64,000 bases of DNA from Microgenomates group bacterium (GTDB lineage: Bacteria > Patescibacteriota > Microgenomatia > UBA12405), in the NCBI GenBank assembly GCA_049303675.1, contig JBAQNJ010000001.1, positions 472,711 through 536,710 on the forward strand, in the 5' to 3' direction. A program made the translations under genes and the position numbers. The notes under the pieces were generated by a model. The model had not been told where the DNA came from and searched no databases. It was given only the letters and a program-made list of their open reading frames with translations. Shown one piece after another: positions 62,981-64,000 of the stretch (within the stretch, counting starts at the first letter, position 1; every line of letters begins with the position of its first letter).

Positions 62981-63280
62981 ATGGATTCTAGCAGAAAGGA
63001 AAAAATTCAAAAAGCAGCTACAGACTTGTCTCAATCACCCAATTCAGAAAATTATAATGCCGATGATTGGAAAGCTCGTATAGCTGCCATCAGAAGTAGA
63101 TATGGTTTTAACACCGATGATATAGTCGATGTCCTCAAAATTGTAGTCCATGAAACCGACAAGCAGGTTATAGAAATTGCCAATACTCATGGAGTTCCTC
63201 TGCCTAAAAGAATTTCTTTAATCGCTGGACACTATCTAAAAACAATTCCCTCTAGAATAAAATTAAGGCATAAGACTTAA
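62981..63280 (+). CDS. hypothetical protein (99 aa) flanked by two copies of the same terminator hairpin
   Basis: ORF only; AT-rich. Confidence 0.4.
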   Translation: MDSSRKEKIQKAATDLSQSPNSENYNADDWKARIAAIRSRYGFNTDDIVDVLKIVVHETDKQVIEIANTHGVPLPKRISLIAGHYLKTIPSRIKLRHKT

Positions 63281-63361
63281 TCAATTTTCATTCTTGCAAA
63301 GCTATTTTCTTACCAACCCTGTCCTAAACTGACCATCAAAGTAGGAAAAGAATAAATAACA

Positions 63362-63391
63362 ACATCCCCCAGAAATGGGGGATATTTTTAA
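63362..63391 (+). terminator. terminator hairpin, copy 2 (acatccccc-agaaat-gggggatat plus TTTT)
   Basis: One mismatch relative to copy 1. Followed by tttaacaac, the same tail as the dnaK/fusA repeat. Confidence 0.55.
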
Positions 63392-63438
63392 CAACACCAT
63401 GCTTTACACAATTTACCAAAAATAAATTATACTCACCC

Positions 63439-64000
63439 ATGACCAGAAAAAGTGCCCAAATATTCGATCTAGATGGTACAGCCATAGACTCGCCGGTTCA
63501 TCAATTACCTAGTCAAAGGCTAATTAATGCTATTGCCCATCATCAGGATAAATACTATTTTTGTGCCGCCACCGGTCGCAGCTGGTCTTATGGTCAGGAA
63601 GTCTTACAAGCCCTAAATCTGACCGATCCTTGTGTTATTACCGCCGGCACTCAAATCTGCAATCCCCAAACAGGCGAAATAATTTGGCAGAAAAACATAG
63701 AACCGTCAGATGTTCTCCAAGTATTGGATATATTCAAACAGTACCCTGATTTGTACATGCTTCGCAATGATTATTCGCTCTCAGATTATGCCGAAAAAAA
63801 ATATCAAGTGAAGAGCTTTATCCCACCTGAAGAAATATTTTTTCTGGAGTTAGTGGATGTAGAAGCAGGGCTTGCCGACGAAATTAGTCAAAAACTAACT
63901 CAGATCTCTGGAATTGCTTGTTTAGTTTTAATTGCCCAAGATGACAATCGTAATCGAGATATCCATGTTCTAAACAAGGATGCCACCAAGGAACAGGCAG
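63439..64000 (+). CDS. HAD-IIB (Cof-type) hydrolase, 3'-truncated by the window end
   Basis: IFDLDGTAIDS is a perfect HAD motif I. The ORF is open to the end of the window. Confidence 0.6.
   Translation, partial: MTRKSAQIFDLDGTAIDSPVHQLPSQRLINAIAHHQDKYYFCAATGRSWSYGQEVLQALNLTDPCVITAGTQICNPQTGEIIWQKNIEPSDVLQVLDIFKQYPDLYMLRNDYSLSDYAEKKYQVKSFIPPEEIFFLELVDVEAGLADEISQKLTQISGIACLVLIAQDDNRNRDIHVLNKDATKEQA

Noticed and set aside
1-64000. Search for transposases, integrases, phage genes and rRNA operons
   Set aside because: No transposase or integrase motifs (DDE, Tyr-recombinase R..H..R..Y), terminal inverted repeats bounding genes, or rRNA-like conserved stretches were recognised. The insertions noted are flagged only by synteny breaks and composition.

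Overview
This 64 kb window comes from an AT-rich bacterial chromosome. Most genes are on the + strand, and many proteins are unusually compact: IF-2 472 aa, NusA 327 aa, AlaRS 568 aa, HrcA 241 aa, and a DnaJ with no zinc finger. There is a sortase, a Firmicutes-like alaS-ruvX-mltG arrangement, and very few Shine-Dalgarno sequences. This pattern fits a reduced-genome Gram-positive-type or CPR/Saccharibacteria-like organism, but that placement is inference. TGA and TAG both act as stops (ftsK, mltG, rmuC), so the standard code applies.

Conserved gene blocks, in order:
- A gatB 3' end, then a UvrD-like helicase fused to a PD-(D/E)XK nuclease, a HAD hydrolase and rmuC.
- hrcA-grpE-dnaK, then five unknown small genes, then dnaJ.
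- nusA, a strong terminator, then infB.
- rpsO-pnp.
- A Lon-like AAA+ ATPase that lacks the protease domain.
- RNase J.
- A T-box-like leader, then a tRNA-binding protein and proS.
- ftsK, a RodZ-like protein, alaS, a PilM-like membrane protein, a sortase, ruvX and mltG.
- A putative PIN toxin pair and a convergent MiaB-like methylthiotransferase.
- Three paralogous secreted proteins, then rpoB-rpoC-rpsL-rpsG.
- An ~11.7 kb envelope-glycan-type island (LytR_C protein, rfbA/rfbB/rfbD, a stop-interrupted cupin, a Glf-like flavoprotein, a CaiB-GNAT fusion) inserted before fusA. tuf is absent after fusA.

The most unusual sequence-level signal is a family of tandem heptanucleotide arrays in the + orientation:
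- Three homologous 35-nt arrays (5 x ACTGTTC-like) sit directly before the start codons of the lon-like gene, ftsK and the rodZ-like gene.
- A related ATTCGTA array sits before fusA. A near-identical copy lies inside the antisense miaB-like CDS.
- A TAACTNN array lies inside the antisense flavoprotein CDS.
- AACTTT repeats lie between rpsL and rpsG.

Other recurring elements:
- Dispersed GC-rich hairpin repeats, including a 2-copy 'tcattgcgagg...cgcggcaatctttaacaacgtga' element after dnaK and after fusA.
- A promoter module (TGCTATAAT plus a shared 22-mer) present three times in tandem.
- A CIRCE operator overlapping a leaderless hrcA promoter.
- A duplicated terminator hairpin flanking a small ORF.

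No CRISPR array, rRNA, tRNA or transposase was found.
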